Source of the DNA: Eledone cirrhosa
Lineage: Eukaryota
Length of the DNA stretch: 64,000 nt
Assembly: GCA_964016885.1 (NCBI GenBank)
Contig: OZ024743.1
Coordinates: 314,154,001-314,218,000 of the forward strand
Reading direction: 5' to 3'
Part shown: positions 44,577 through 56,373 of the stretch, piece after piece
Numbering within the stretch: the first letter of the stretch is position 1
Layout: each line of letters begins with the position of its first letter
The notes under the pieces: generated by a model
Seen by the model: only the letters and a program-made list of their open reading frames with translations
The model's database searches: none
What the model was told of the DNA's origin: nothing
Translations under genes and position numbers: made by a program

Positions 44577-44674
44577 GCACTATGTTATTTGAAAGCTTCT
44601 ACTTACTGCATTATACACAAACAGAAGTTCGAAGCGAACTGCAACGCCCTTATATATATATACAACTAAACACC

Positions 44675-44706
<32 letters not shown>

Positions 44707-44707
<1 letters not shown>

Positions 44708-44744
44708 GAGCTGAGGATCCGCTAATGTGAAACAATTGTTCTCG
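44707..44744 (+). ncRNA. Type I HHR motif at the 5' edge of a ~135-bp insert in (TA)n
   Basis: cgag-CTGAGGA-tccgctaatgt-GAAA-caattg-TT-ctcg. Helix I is perfect and the palindrome is ACAATTGT, but helix II is weak. Confidence 0.62.
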
Positions 44745-44838
44745 GTATGGTGAACTAACTGTTGTGTAACCACTTCTATCTAACTCGTCCCATGGACTGA
44801 GTGCTTTACCACTACGGATATTACCTTCTAGTGTTCTA

Positions 44839-44893
<55 letters not shown>

Positions 44894-44971
44894 ATAATAA
44901 TTCTTTCTACTTTTGACACAAGGCCAGCAATTACCCAGTGTATTAATGGTAAATATATATAATAATAATAA

Positions 44972-45890
44972 TGAGTTGACGGACCCAGCATATTTATCAA
45001 TGCCAGGACCAGTTCTATCTCAGCGTACTCCATGGGCAATGTAAGATACATTCCCAGAGTATACACATAGTTATTCGCTTCAATACAACATACGTGAAAC
45101 GGGTGCCTATAATAGTTCCCGCACTCGAGTTTTGGCCGCACTAATGCAGCAGTAAGGTGCACTGCACCATCCGTCTGCAAATATTGTGCAACGATGCACA
45201 ATCGACTTATGCGGCTTCCTCAGCGGGTATCGCCTAATCAATTACCAATCGATCGACAGAATCCAAACACCAGCCCATGCCGGAAATGACTGTTTGTGAC
45301 AACCGACACGGTAAAGCGATTAGGAACTGCACCCGATACGAATCTATCTCTCGACTAGCCACCAATTTAAAAATTGTACTTTGTGGCGGGAGACTAGAAA
45401 ACCAATCTTTTCGTACCCGTCAAAATCCCTCAGCCAACGTGTCTCACACATAAATTAGTAAGGGGTGAAAAGATGGTTATTAGAAATAGCAGTTCACATC
45501 AATGTATAATAGAATGGTAGCATTCGCCTCATGTCTCCAAGTCCCATGGCTAGAGGAAAGCCATACTAACAATGGTAGTGCCAAGAACCTTTAACGGACT
45601 TTAAATGCGATTATCCATCATAGAGCAATATAGTAGCTAGTTGAAATGTGTCAGCCGTGTGCGTAGAGTACCGGTTTATTTCACAACTTAAAAGAGTGAG
45701 AGACAAAATGAATAGCAGGAAAATACAGTGCATATCAAATTAAAAACAATTAAAAAAATGAAAAATTGTTTAACTTACCCTCAATAGTCCGCTATCCGAG
45801 AGATAATAATAATAATAAGGAGTTGACTGACCCAACATAGTTATCAATGCCAGGACCGGTTGTATCTCAGCGTACTTCATGGGCAATGTA
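44972..45890 (-). mobile_element. Unclassified retroposon-like sequence with (TTA) tail and a duplicated ~70-bp end
   Basis: gagttgac.gaccca.cata.ttatcaatgccaggacc.gtt.tatctcagcgtact.catgggcaatgta occurs at ~44972-45041 and ~45819-45890, each preceded by (ATA)n. Confidence 0.45.
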
Positions 45891-45903
45891 TATATATATA
45901 TAT

Positions 45904-47403
45904 AAAAGATGAATATAAAATGAAAGTTCTTTTATAAAGGAATTTATTAGGTATTGACATATGTTTCTGTAACAGACGGAATACCTATGTATCACTGCTT
46001 GCGTAATCATATAATGTTTGCAAGTATTCGATAGCAAATGTATAATCAGTTGTCACTTCTTCAGAGATATTGGATAAATTAGAAAAAATCAGAAAAACAA
46101 AGTATTTATATTAGTTGTATAAACGCCTTCCAACACATAACAATACACGTAAAACATCGATTATAACATCACAAAACAACAAACAGCATCCCGTCCTGCC
46201 TAAGCAACCTCATCAACCCATCCATGGTAATACAACAACGCATAATTATAACTGTAACTGTGTCCAACCAGGAATGTGTCCGTTGAACAATCAGTGTCAT
46301 GAACGCAACATCATATACAAATGTACTATCGAATCGGGTCACCAGAAGTGGTACTATGTGGGGTCTACAGCTACCTCCTTTAAATCTCGCCTCTATAAAC
46401 ATCGTTACTCGATAAAACATGAAATCCAGCGTTATGTAACAATACTGGCAGACAAGGCTTGGCAGCTGCGCGAAAATAACCACCAATTTAACCTAAAATG
46501 GGATATCATATCAGAGCACCTGCATATGCGCAAGGACAGGAATTTTGTAAATTGTGTAATATGGAGATATTTTGTATTATGAAATCAAAAAAATATTTTA
46601 TTAAAAAACAGAATAGAGCGATCGTTATACTGTAATAATCGCTTGAAATCTACATTTTCATATTACAAACCCTACCAGGATTGAACACCTGTCTCCATCT
46701 CCGTTTGATTGTCAAAATACATATTAACATTCTCTATTACTCTTAATTCTATCAACTCTTCTATTCTTTACCATTTAATATAAACTGCTATAGATAAAAT
46801 GAGATTTCTTAATTCAATTCCCTAATGAATATACCAGCAGGCTACCAGCATTGTTGTTATACAGGAGCAGTGACAATCTCTCTCTTCATTACTTGACATT
46901 TTATATCTGTATTAATACTACTACACCAAACGACCAGCCCAGTCCACTCCCAAAATTCTTATTTAGATCAAATAAGCCATACACTCATTGAATTCTCATT
47001 AAAAACCTTCTATATACTTGTTTACCAGCAAATTGAATTGCCATCTGTCATATACTATCCCTTCTCTTCTTCCTTTCTTACAACTAATATAAATACTTTC
47101 ATTTTTCTGATTTTTTCCAATTTATCCAATATCTTTGAAGAAGTGACAACTGATTATACATTTGCTATCGAATAATTGCTAACATTATATGATTACGCAA
47201 GCAGTGATACATAGGTATTCCGTCTGTTACAGAAACATATGTCAATACCTAATAAATTCCTTTATAAAAGCACTTTCATTTTATATTCATCTTTTCTACA
47301 TTTTCTCCGGAATATAATTTATACTCGTTGAGTAAACCTACACGTACGTTGTTCATCTCGAACGTGACGATATATTATCACTACATTATTGATAACTTGA
47401 AAT

Positions 47404-47404
<1 letters not shown>
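45904..47404 (+). mobile_element. 5'-truncated Penelope-like element with inverted partial terminal repeat
   Basis: Inverted arms 45904-46119 and 47079-47295 enclose a GIY-YIG ORF. An unpaired 3' tail runs to 47404. (TA)n flanks. HHR-like fold in both arms ((C/T)TGAAGA-agtgaca...tgttaca-GAAA-catatg-TC). Confidence 0.88.
46120..46582 (+). pseudogene. GIY-YIG endonuclease domain fragment (PLE)
   Basis: CNC....CPLNNQC...NIIYKCTI......YYVGSTATSFKSRLYKH. Confidence 0.85.
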
Positions 47405-47435
<31 letters not shown>

Positions 47436-49900
47436 CGCAAGCTGTTCGATCTACCGAATTATTATTATTTTTATATGAGCCGCCAGTGTCCGCGCATTGC
47501 CTGGAGACTTAACTGAGAATAGACTTCCTGATGACGCAATGAATTCTCGACAGTTGGATTACATAACTGTCTTTATCCCATTGCAGAAACTAATTAGTTG
47601 GAGTGAAAATTTAAGTAAGAAAAAAATTTTTTTTAAATTTTTTTAAAAAAATATTTTCTTATTTTACGTCCTTTATATTATTGTTCTGCATTCTCCTGCA
47701 TTGAACCACCTAGGTACTATGACATAACCTGTGTATTTGCTGGCATGGGCGTGCATCTGTGCGCTTATGTTAGTTGATATATTAAATTATCTATATTTAT
47801 CTCCAAATCACTGATTTGTCGAGCAAACTTGTCAAAACCACTTCTAAAAAAATTTTTTTTGGGGTGTTAGTAGGCGTCAGTCATCTTACCATCCCATTCC
47901 TTCTAACTAGCCTCTGTGTCACGTGATTGATTCTTTAGAATCGGCCATTTGACTTGAAGCAGTGAGAATTTCGGTACATAGAATCCAGTCCTCGCAAGCT
48001 GTTCGATCTACCGAATTATTATTATTTTTATATGAGCCGCCAGTGTCCGCGCATTGCCTGGAGACTTAACTGAGAATAGACTTCCTGATGACGCAATGAA
48101 TTCTCGACAGTTGGATTACATAACTGTCTTTATCCCATTGCAGAAACTAATTAGTTGGAGTGTAAATTTAAGTAAGAAAAAATTTTTTTTTAAATTTTTT
48201 TAAAAAAATATTTTCTTATTTTACGTCCTTTATATTATTGTTCTGCATTCTCCTGCATTGAACCACCTAGGTACTATGACATAACCTGTGTATTTACTGG
48301 CATGGGCGTGCATCTGTGCGCTTATGTTAGTTGATATATTAAATTATCTATATTTATCTCCAAATCACTGATTTGTCGAGCAAACTTGTCAAAACCACTT
48401 CTAAAAAAATTTTTTTTGGGGTGTTAGTAGGCGTCAGTCATCTTACCATCCCATTCCTTCTAACTAGCCTCTGTGTCACGTGATTGATTCTTTAGAATCG
48501 GCCATTTGACTTGAAGCAGTGAGAATTTCGGTACATAGAATCCAGTCCTCGCAAGCTGTTCGATCTACCGAATTATTATTATTTTTATATGAGCCGCCAG
48601 TGTCCGCGCATTGCCTGGAGACTTAACTGAGAATAGACTTCCTGATGACGCAATGAATTCTCGACAGTTGGATTACATAACTGTCTTTATCCCATTGCAG
48701 AAACTAATTAGTTGGAGTGAAAATTTAAGTAAGAAAAAAATTTTTTTTAAATTTTTTAAAAAAAATATTTTCTTATTTTACGTCCTTTATATTATTGTTC
48801 TGCATTCTCCTGCATTGAACCACCTAGGTACTATGACATAACCTGTGTATTTGCTGGCATGGGCGTGCATCTGTGCGCTTATGTTAGTTGATATATTAAA
48901 TTATCTATATTTATCTCCAAATCACTGATTTGTCGAGCAAACTTGTCAAAACCACTTCTAAAAAAATTTTTTTTGGGGTGTTAGTAGGCGTCAGTCATCT
49001 TACCATCCCATTCCTTCTAACTAGCCTCTGTGTCACGTGATTGATTCTTTAGAATCGGCCATTTGACTTGAAGCAGTGAGAATTTCGGTACATAGAATCC
49101 AGTCCTCGCAAGCTGTTCGATCTACCGAATTATTATTATTTTTATATGAGCCGCCAGTGTCCGCGCATTGCCTGGAGACTTAACTGAGAATAGACTTCCT
49201 GATGACGCAATGAATTCTCGACAGTTGGATTACATAACTGTCTTTATCCCATTGCAGAAACTAATTAGTTGGAGTGAAAATTTAAGTAAGAAAAAATTTT
49301 TTTTTTAATTTTTTTAAAAAAATATTTTCTTATTTTACGTCCTTTATATTATTGTTCTGCATTCTCCTGCATTGAACCACCTAGGTACTATGACATAACC
49401 TGTGTATTTGCTGGCATGGGCGTGCATCTGTGCGCTTATGTTAGTTGATATATTAAATTATCTATATTTATCTCCAAATCACTGATTTGTCGAGCAAACT
49501 TGTCAAAACCACTTCTAAAAAAATTTTTTTTGGGGTGTTAGTAGGCGTCAGTCATCTTACCATCCCATTCCTTCTAACTAGCCTCTGTGTCACGTGATTG
49601 ATTCTTTAGAATCGGCCATTTGACTTGAAGCAGTGAGAATTTCGGTACATAGAATCCAGTCCTCGCAAGCTGTTCGATCTACCGAATTATTATTATTTTT
49701 ATATGAGCCGCCAGTGTCCGCGCATTGCCTGGAGACTTAACTGAGAATAGACTTCCTGATGACGCAATGAATTCTCGACAGTTGGATTACATAACTGTCT
49801 TTATCCCATTGCAGAAACTAATTAGTTGGAGTGAAAATTTAAGTAAGAAAAAAATTTTTTTTTTAAATTTTTTTAAAAAAATATTTTCTTATTTTACGTC

Positions 49901-49905
<5 letters not shown>
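47436..49905 (+). repeat. 557-bp near-identical tandem array (~4.4 units), one HHR per unit (retrozyme-like)
   Basis: Unit start cgcaagctgttcg at 47436, 47993, 48550, 49107 and 49664. (TA)n on both flanks. No substantial ORF. Confidence 0.95.
47523..47604 (+). ncRNA. Type I HHR with extended helix II; repeated at 48080, 48637, 49194 and 49751
   Basis: acttc-CTGATGA-c-gcaatg..gacagtt(ggattacat)aactgtc..cattgc-a-GAAA-ctaattag-TT-ggagt, with palindrome ACTAATTAGT. Confidence 0.85.
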
Positions 49906-49974
<69 letters not shown>

Positions 49975-50540
49975 TTTAGTTCAGCATTAACGAAGCTATT
50001 GGCCGCGGCCAAGCTAACGAATGCAGATTCGGAATGCAGATTAGCACTCGATGGAGAATAATACCCCAGAGTTATAACACTACGTTTAGACAGCTTTGCA
50101 AATCAAATATAGCGACCGACAGTCTAGCCGCATTGCCATACCAACGAAAAAAACTGAACTCAGGAAAGGATTTTGACTGACCTGGGCCATCACTTGGACA
50201 TCGAATGCAACACATAATGCATAACGTATAACATACAATATACATCACATATAACATACAACATCCACGCTATGTTTCTGTAAATCCGGGATCGACTAAT
50301 TCCGCTTGCAGGGGTCTGCAAGTCAATGGCCTTTGACGACAGAGCAAAGGATTTACTTCGTCAACAAGTCTTGCGTTCTGTAGCCTCGACAGGTGTGTTT
50401 TCTAGCAGTAATTTTCGCTATAGACACGTGGTTTTCCCAAAGGGAGGTAACCCCCGTTTTGGCGGTCAATTCGAAATTTGGGACAAAGGAATGAAATCCC
50501 TTAGACAAACCGAATTAAGCACTCATATATATATATATAT

Positions 50541-50823
50541 TAGAAAGTGAGGTTTTTTTTACGAAATGAAAAATAACCAAGGTGTCCTACACGAGTGAAA
50601 GTATAAGGAAAAAAGATGAACTCGAAAATGCAACTGGAGTCTTATTTAAATAAATATATATTTTTTTTATTTGGTTCCTTTACCCGTTTCGCAGTTCTTC
50701 TGCTTTTAAAAATAGAGTTGAGATGGAGGGTCTGTGGTTTTTCTGACATCTAAGTTTCTCACATCTAATTTTTCTCACAAATAAGACTCGAGTTGCGTTT
50801 TCGATTTCACCTTTTTTCCTTAT
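50541..50823 (-). mobile_element. Second copy of family A with inverted terminal segment; HHR core decayed
   Basis: Reverse complement of 441-651. ataaggaaaaaag...gagtcttatt is inverted at ~50780-50823. Confidence 0.7.
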
Positions 50824-50864
50824 ATATATATTTAGTTATACATATATATATATATATATAATAT

Positions 50865-52729
50865 TAGGGATACTATTTATGGTTATGTATATATTAACAC
50901 TTTTTATAGTTATGTGTATTTAAACCCTAAACAGTGAAGGTCAGTAATTTATTACTACCTTATTACCAGTAAGATAAATAGCTCAATGTAATAACATCAG
51001 TTGTTCTACACAGCAGTTATATAGAATTCACAAAAATCAAAGCTATCTTGAAAGCATTTATTCACTTACAATTGTTTCATCCAAACCTAGGCTTGGTGTC
51101 TTCGGAGCATTTTTCAATGTTTGTACACATAATTGACCTCCTTTCCAACGCAAGAGACATACAGATACATATATATATATTGATGTACAGTGGAGTGGCA
51201 TATATTATATTATACTATTTTTGTACAGCAATTCCTAATTCAAAATCAAAATCAAAATCAAAATTAAAATTAAAATCAAAATTAAAATACATTCGGCAGA
51301 TAACACAGATAATGCAAGAGGATAGTTTGATAGTCAGGTCTAGTAGGTAGTGTATGCGATAGTTACACGTGGAGCATGCAAGTGTGTCTCATTTTTATAC
51401 TATTATTGTGTGGCACAGTGTTACACGTAATGCAAGCACTTTAAGCGGGTAAGCAAGATCATTATGGTGGTTGTAGTGGTAAGGTAATGTTTGACTAGAA
51501 CAAAAAAGTATGTGTGCAGACAAATAAAAATAAAATAAAAAAGAAGAATCAAAAGAAAGTTATGGTTTTCGTATCCATCATCATTTTCACATTCAGAAAA
51601 AGTAAGGTATAGTTTCTACATCCATCACATTAGTAACGATGATTTCGTATTGAATGTTTGATGCATTAAAATTAATTATTTTAGCGTATTGAAGCTCAGT
51701 GTTATTTAATCCAAGTTTATAGAATAGGTTGATTCTGCTGCGAGAATTTACAGCGGTTTATTACCCGGAAGTGTGTGTGTAATTAAGGGGAGTTAATGCG
51801 TAAGGGGAGATAACTAGCCGAATCTCATAACTAAATTTATTGTTCTAACATACATTATAAGGCTCCTCAATTGAGTCCCTTATAAAGACGGTTATACATT
51901 TATATCTAGTTTTCAATTTTAAATACAGTCTACTCTATCATGATGTACTAAAGGTATCTATATTAAGTTGATTACTCCCTATTATATAGTGCTACAATTT
52001 ATATCAAAGTTCACTGTAAATGCAGTCTACTCTTAGAACATATCAGGGGTCTTATTAGAATGTTGTCTACATAACCCCTGGCAAGTTATGGGGCAGCGTA
52101 TGGCTGTTTGCATGGCAAAACAAAATACATCTCTAGGGCAGACAAATACATCCCTCATTTACAATGTCATTAATCTATCCATCAAGTTATACTTCCATAT
52201 ATATTTCATATCTAATTCATACATAATTCATTGCAGCACCATACATATAAGTTAGACAGATCTCTTATGTTAATAAATTAATCTTATATATATCCAATGT
52301 TGTCACTCCATACATTTAATTACAAATGCATAAATAATTCATTGCCGTATCTAGTATTTAAAGTGTATATAGACTGTATTGTATGATTATATAATTATAA
52401 GTAATTGAAAGTAGTTATATTAAAAGTAGGTGTTTATGGGGATATTTCTAGGGTATAAAGTTATAGATAGATGGAATGATTTGTGTCGAGATAGGGTGGA
52501 TCAGAGTGTGTGGATTTGTGGTGTAAAGTGTGCGCTATCTCGACACAAATCATTCCATCTATCTATAACTTTATACCCTAGAAATATCCCCATAAACACC
52601 TACTTTTAATATAACTACTTTCAATTACTTATAATTATATAATCATACAATACAGTCTATATAGATTAATGACATTGTAAATGAGGGATGTATTTGTCTG
52701 CCCTAGAGATGTATTTTGTTTTGCCATGC
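50865..52729 (-). mobile_element. Decayed PLE-like element with 3' HHR motif and a two-part inverted 5' end
   Basis: HHR-like fold at 51063-51109 (-): tgct-CCGAAGA-ca-ccaagc(ctag)gtttgg-at-GAAA-caattg-TA-agtg. Inverted pairs at 52366-52494/52535-52663 and 52110-52178/52661-52729. Confidence 0.55.
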
Positions 52730-52732
52730 CAG

Positions 52733-54079
52733 GCTAAAGGAATAAGGGAGGGCAGTTCAGGCCGGGGGGGGAGTGTGGGTCTGTAGGGTGAAGATGGTTC
52801 GTTGTTCGACCCTGAGGAGAGTGGCAGGTGTTCCGTGGCATTGGAGTAGGCCACAGACTGTGAGGTGGTGTGCGGAATGTCCATGGGCACCAAAGTGGCG
52901 GGCGATGGGGGAACTACCACCGAGACGAATATTTCGGAGGTGTTCGGTAAACCGGTCCGCCAGGCGGCGTCCAGTCTGTCCGACGTAGGTTGCGTTGCAC
53001 TCCGTGCAGCGAATTCCGTGGACTACGTTGGAGGAGGTGCAGCGGAAGGCATGCCGGACAGAAAGAGAGTGGCCGTTGGGACCCTGGAAGGTGGTGATGT
53101 TGGTGATGTGGGGACAGGTGTTGCAGCGGGGCCTGGAACAGGGAAGGGAACGGGGGGCGTGGGTTGGGGGGTAGGGAGCTGTGGATGAGGAGGGTGCGGA
53201 GATTGCGTGCGCGTTTGAAGGAGGGGAGTGGTGGGGCTGGGAAGAAGTGGGAGGTGGAGAGGTCGGACTGGAGGCGGAGGGAGAGGCGGAGGATGGTGCG
53301 GTGGAGGGGTATGGTGGAGGGGTCGTAGGTGATGGGGAAGGGGAGACGGTGGGTGGGTGTGCGGTGGCGTGGGGTGAGGGGAGTGGAACGGTGGACAGCA
53401 CGGGCGCGGGTGAGAGCGGTGTGGAAGTGAGAGGGGGGTAACCTCTGCGGATGAAATGGCTGACTAGGAAAAGGGCCTGGGACTCCAAGTCAGCATCTCG
53501 GCTACAGAGGCGGCGGATCCTGAGGAGTTGGTAGTAGGGAATAGAGTGTTTAGTGTGTGTTGGGTGGGAAGAGGTGAAGTCAAGGTAAGAGTGGGAGTCG
53601 GTGGGTTTGAAGAAGGCGGAGGTGACGAGGGAGTGGTGGGAGGGGTCGAAGGCGACGGAGATGTCTAAGAAGTGGACGTGGGTGGTGGAGATAGAGGTGG
53701 TGAAGTGGAGGGAGGGGTGGAAGGTGCAGAAGAAGGACAGAAAGGAGTCGAGCTGTTCTCGGGTGAGGGTCGTGGCTCCGATACAGTCGTCGATGTAACG
53801 ACCGTACAGTTCGGGCGTGGGGCCTGTGTACTGGGCAAAGTTTGAGCCTCAACAGGTCCAACAAAAAGGTTGGCATAGTTTGGGCCCATTTTTGTACCCA
53901 TGGCTACCCCCGTGATCTGTTGGTAAAACTCACCCGAGAAGGAGAAACAGTTGAGGGTGAGGTCCAGTTCGGCGAGGCGAAGGAGGGTGGGGGTGGAGGG
54001 GAAGGGGAGGGTCGAAGGTCGAGGTAATGCTTGAGAGCACGTAGGCGGACGGCGTATGGGATGACGGTATAGAGGGACT

Positions 54080-54080
<1 letters not shown>
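52733..54080 (-). pseudogene. Penelope-like (Poseidon-type) RT C-half and GIY-YIG, frameshifted
   Basis: [80 protein letters not shown]. The sense strand is very C-rich. Confidence 0.9.
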
Positions 54081-54125
<45 letters not shown>

Positions 54126-54180
54126 TCACATATATATATATATATATATACTCACACACATATATATATATATATATACT

Positions 54181-54212
<32 letters not shown>

Positions 54213-54213
<1 letters not shown>

Positions 54214-54497
54214 GCCTTCTATCTTTACACACGGCATAAAACAAGATTGTTTCTTCATCATACACTCTCATCCGGGAATAGTTCTGTATGGCGCCAGTTC
54301 GTGATTTGAACTCGGGAATTTTATATTCTCCGAGTGAGAAGAAGCCTCTGATGAAAGTCTTCTTCTCAATAGATTTCCGCATGGATTATCAAATTTATAT
54401 TGAGACTTGAAACCGCGCGGTAAGGGTAATTATAGTAGGTACAGTGAACTTTTTAATATTTATTTAAAAACTTTTTCTTATTTGCTAAACCTTGATT
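54213..54497 (+). mobile_element. Solo non-coding PLE-terminal-like insert in (TA)n with HHR
   Basis: (TA)n flanks and an HHR at 54345-54425. Confidence 0.65.
54345..54425 (+). ncRNA. Type I HHR motif with extended helix II
   Basis: cct-CTGATGA-aagtct..tcaata...tattgagactt-GAAA-ccgcgcgg-TA-agg, with palindrome ACCGCGCGGT. Confidence 0.78.
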
Positions 54498-54516
54498 ATA
54501 TATATATATATATATA

Positions 54517-54810
54517 CGCGGGTGACTGACGAAGGGGCATGGTGGGGGAGGGGGTTTCGAATTTTAACGAAATCGGTTGAAAAATGTGTGAGCTAGAGCT
54601 AAAAATCTTATTTTTCGATAGCGAAAAAACGGTGATTTTTATCTGCACAATGGCCCCGGAATGAAAAAAAAAAGATCCGCTGATATATAGAAAACACTCT
54701 CCGTGACTAATCTATAAGCCTGTAAAGTTTCATGAAAATGGGTCGTATGATGTAGGCCCCTAATGGTAATAAAGACACACGCACGCACATAATTCATTTT
54801 ATATATATAC
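54517..54810 (-). mobile_element. Probable non-autonomous Helitron-like fragment
   Basis: gaaatcggttga and aaagtttcatgaaaat motifs followed by (CA/CG) repeats and ttttatatata. This resembles the reverse of Helitron-like 5' ends (from recall). Confidence 0.4.
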
Positions 54811-54872
<62 letters not shown>

Positions 54873-55584
54873 CTAAAGCGAAAATAACAACAGAATATTC
54901 CCAAAATCTAAGTTCAAAAGAAATCAATAATCGATTGATTGCGTTGTAAAAGTAAATCGATATTAAACATCTAATGTATACTTAAAATAATTTAAATACA
55001 TTGGAGAAATTCTGTTTTGAATGTTACATAAAGTAGATACGTTGATAACATCTTATCAATTTTCCTTATCTATCTCTTTTGAAGTCGGGCTTGAAATCCT
55101 TTTTCATATTTCTTGTTACGTGAAACTACCTCACACCTCACATGCTGCTCCTCGAATGTTAATTATTATTATCATTCTCAAGAGGTAAAAGAAATATATT
55201 TATTAGAAGGACAACAATAAAATAACGATTACATATGTGATGTAATGGTATCTCGTGTATGGTATCAACGATTGAAAACCGTGATTAATTTTAGTAATTG
55301 TACCGCAAACACTCTCACAGCCATAAAAGAATAGGTAGAGAACCGCAGCAAGTGGAAATGAGATCTTGGTAATTGTTACATACATACATACATAATACAT
55401 ACATATATATATAGATACATACATAAACACACGCATACACACATTCACACGCACACCCACACACCCACACACACACACATATATATATAGGAGTGTGTAT
55501 TACATGTTCAACATTGAAAAAAACAAATTATTAACGATTAAATGCTCATCGAAATCCAATATGATGTTAGACAGATACAGACAA

Positions 55585-55630
<46 letters not shown>

Positions 55631-55676
55631 TTACACATATATTTACACACACACACACACGCACACACACACACGT

Positions 55677-55756
<80 letters not shown>

Positions 55757-56373
55757 TAAGAAATTAGTTTTCAAATATAAATTTTAAAAAAATGGAAAAG
55801 CGAACGCGAAAAGATATATCAGCTCAAAATACGATAATTTATTATAATAAACTGTACACACGGCTGCATATAATTAAAAAAACATATATTTATGAACTCC
55901 TTGTATAATAGTTTATTCTGATGAGGTTGATGAGGAGGAAACAATTGTAAATTAAATTATGACATAAACAATAGTGTTTGGTAACATATGTTAATGGATA
56001 TATATATATATATATTTCGTTTCTGAATTTGTTTAGCAAGATTATTTATCTGAAAACGTGTGTTGAAACCGATATTGTTATACTTTGGGAGAGTGATGTT
56101 GCCAATAAGAAACACACGCACCAGTTGCTTTCACTTCAATTTATTATAATAAATTTATAAATTTAGGAATTTATAAATTTCCGGTTGGTTGGTTGGTTCC
56201 ACAACCAGATAGTTGTTTATATATTGTCAAAGTTCTTTCGTCACACATTCTGTGACCTCTTCAGTGACTGGGGATTATTTTCTTTGTTTTTGTGTCTCTC
56301 TTTTGTTCTGTCCTACGCTATTTTGTTTCTGTGTGTGTGTTGTGTGCTCAGTCTGCGCATGCGCCACATCCGG

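Noticed and set aside
47436-49905. CRISPR-like array or rRNA/snRNA tandem
   Set aside because: There are no short repeats with unique spacers, no resemblance to 5S, U snRNA or tRNA that I can recognise, and the context is eukaryotic.
48611-49979. Repeated 76-84 aa ORF in the 557-bp unit
   Set aside because: It has a non-ATG start, overlaps the HHR, and its frame varies with homopolymer length between units. No recognisable domain.
49975-50520. GC-richer segment after the 557-bp array
   Set aside because: It is probably a repeat fragment, but I could identify no motif, second copy or terminal structure.
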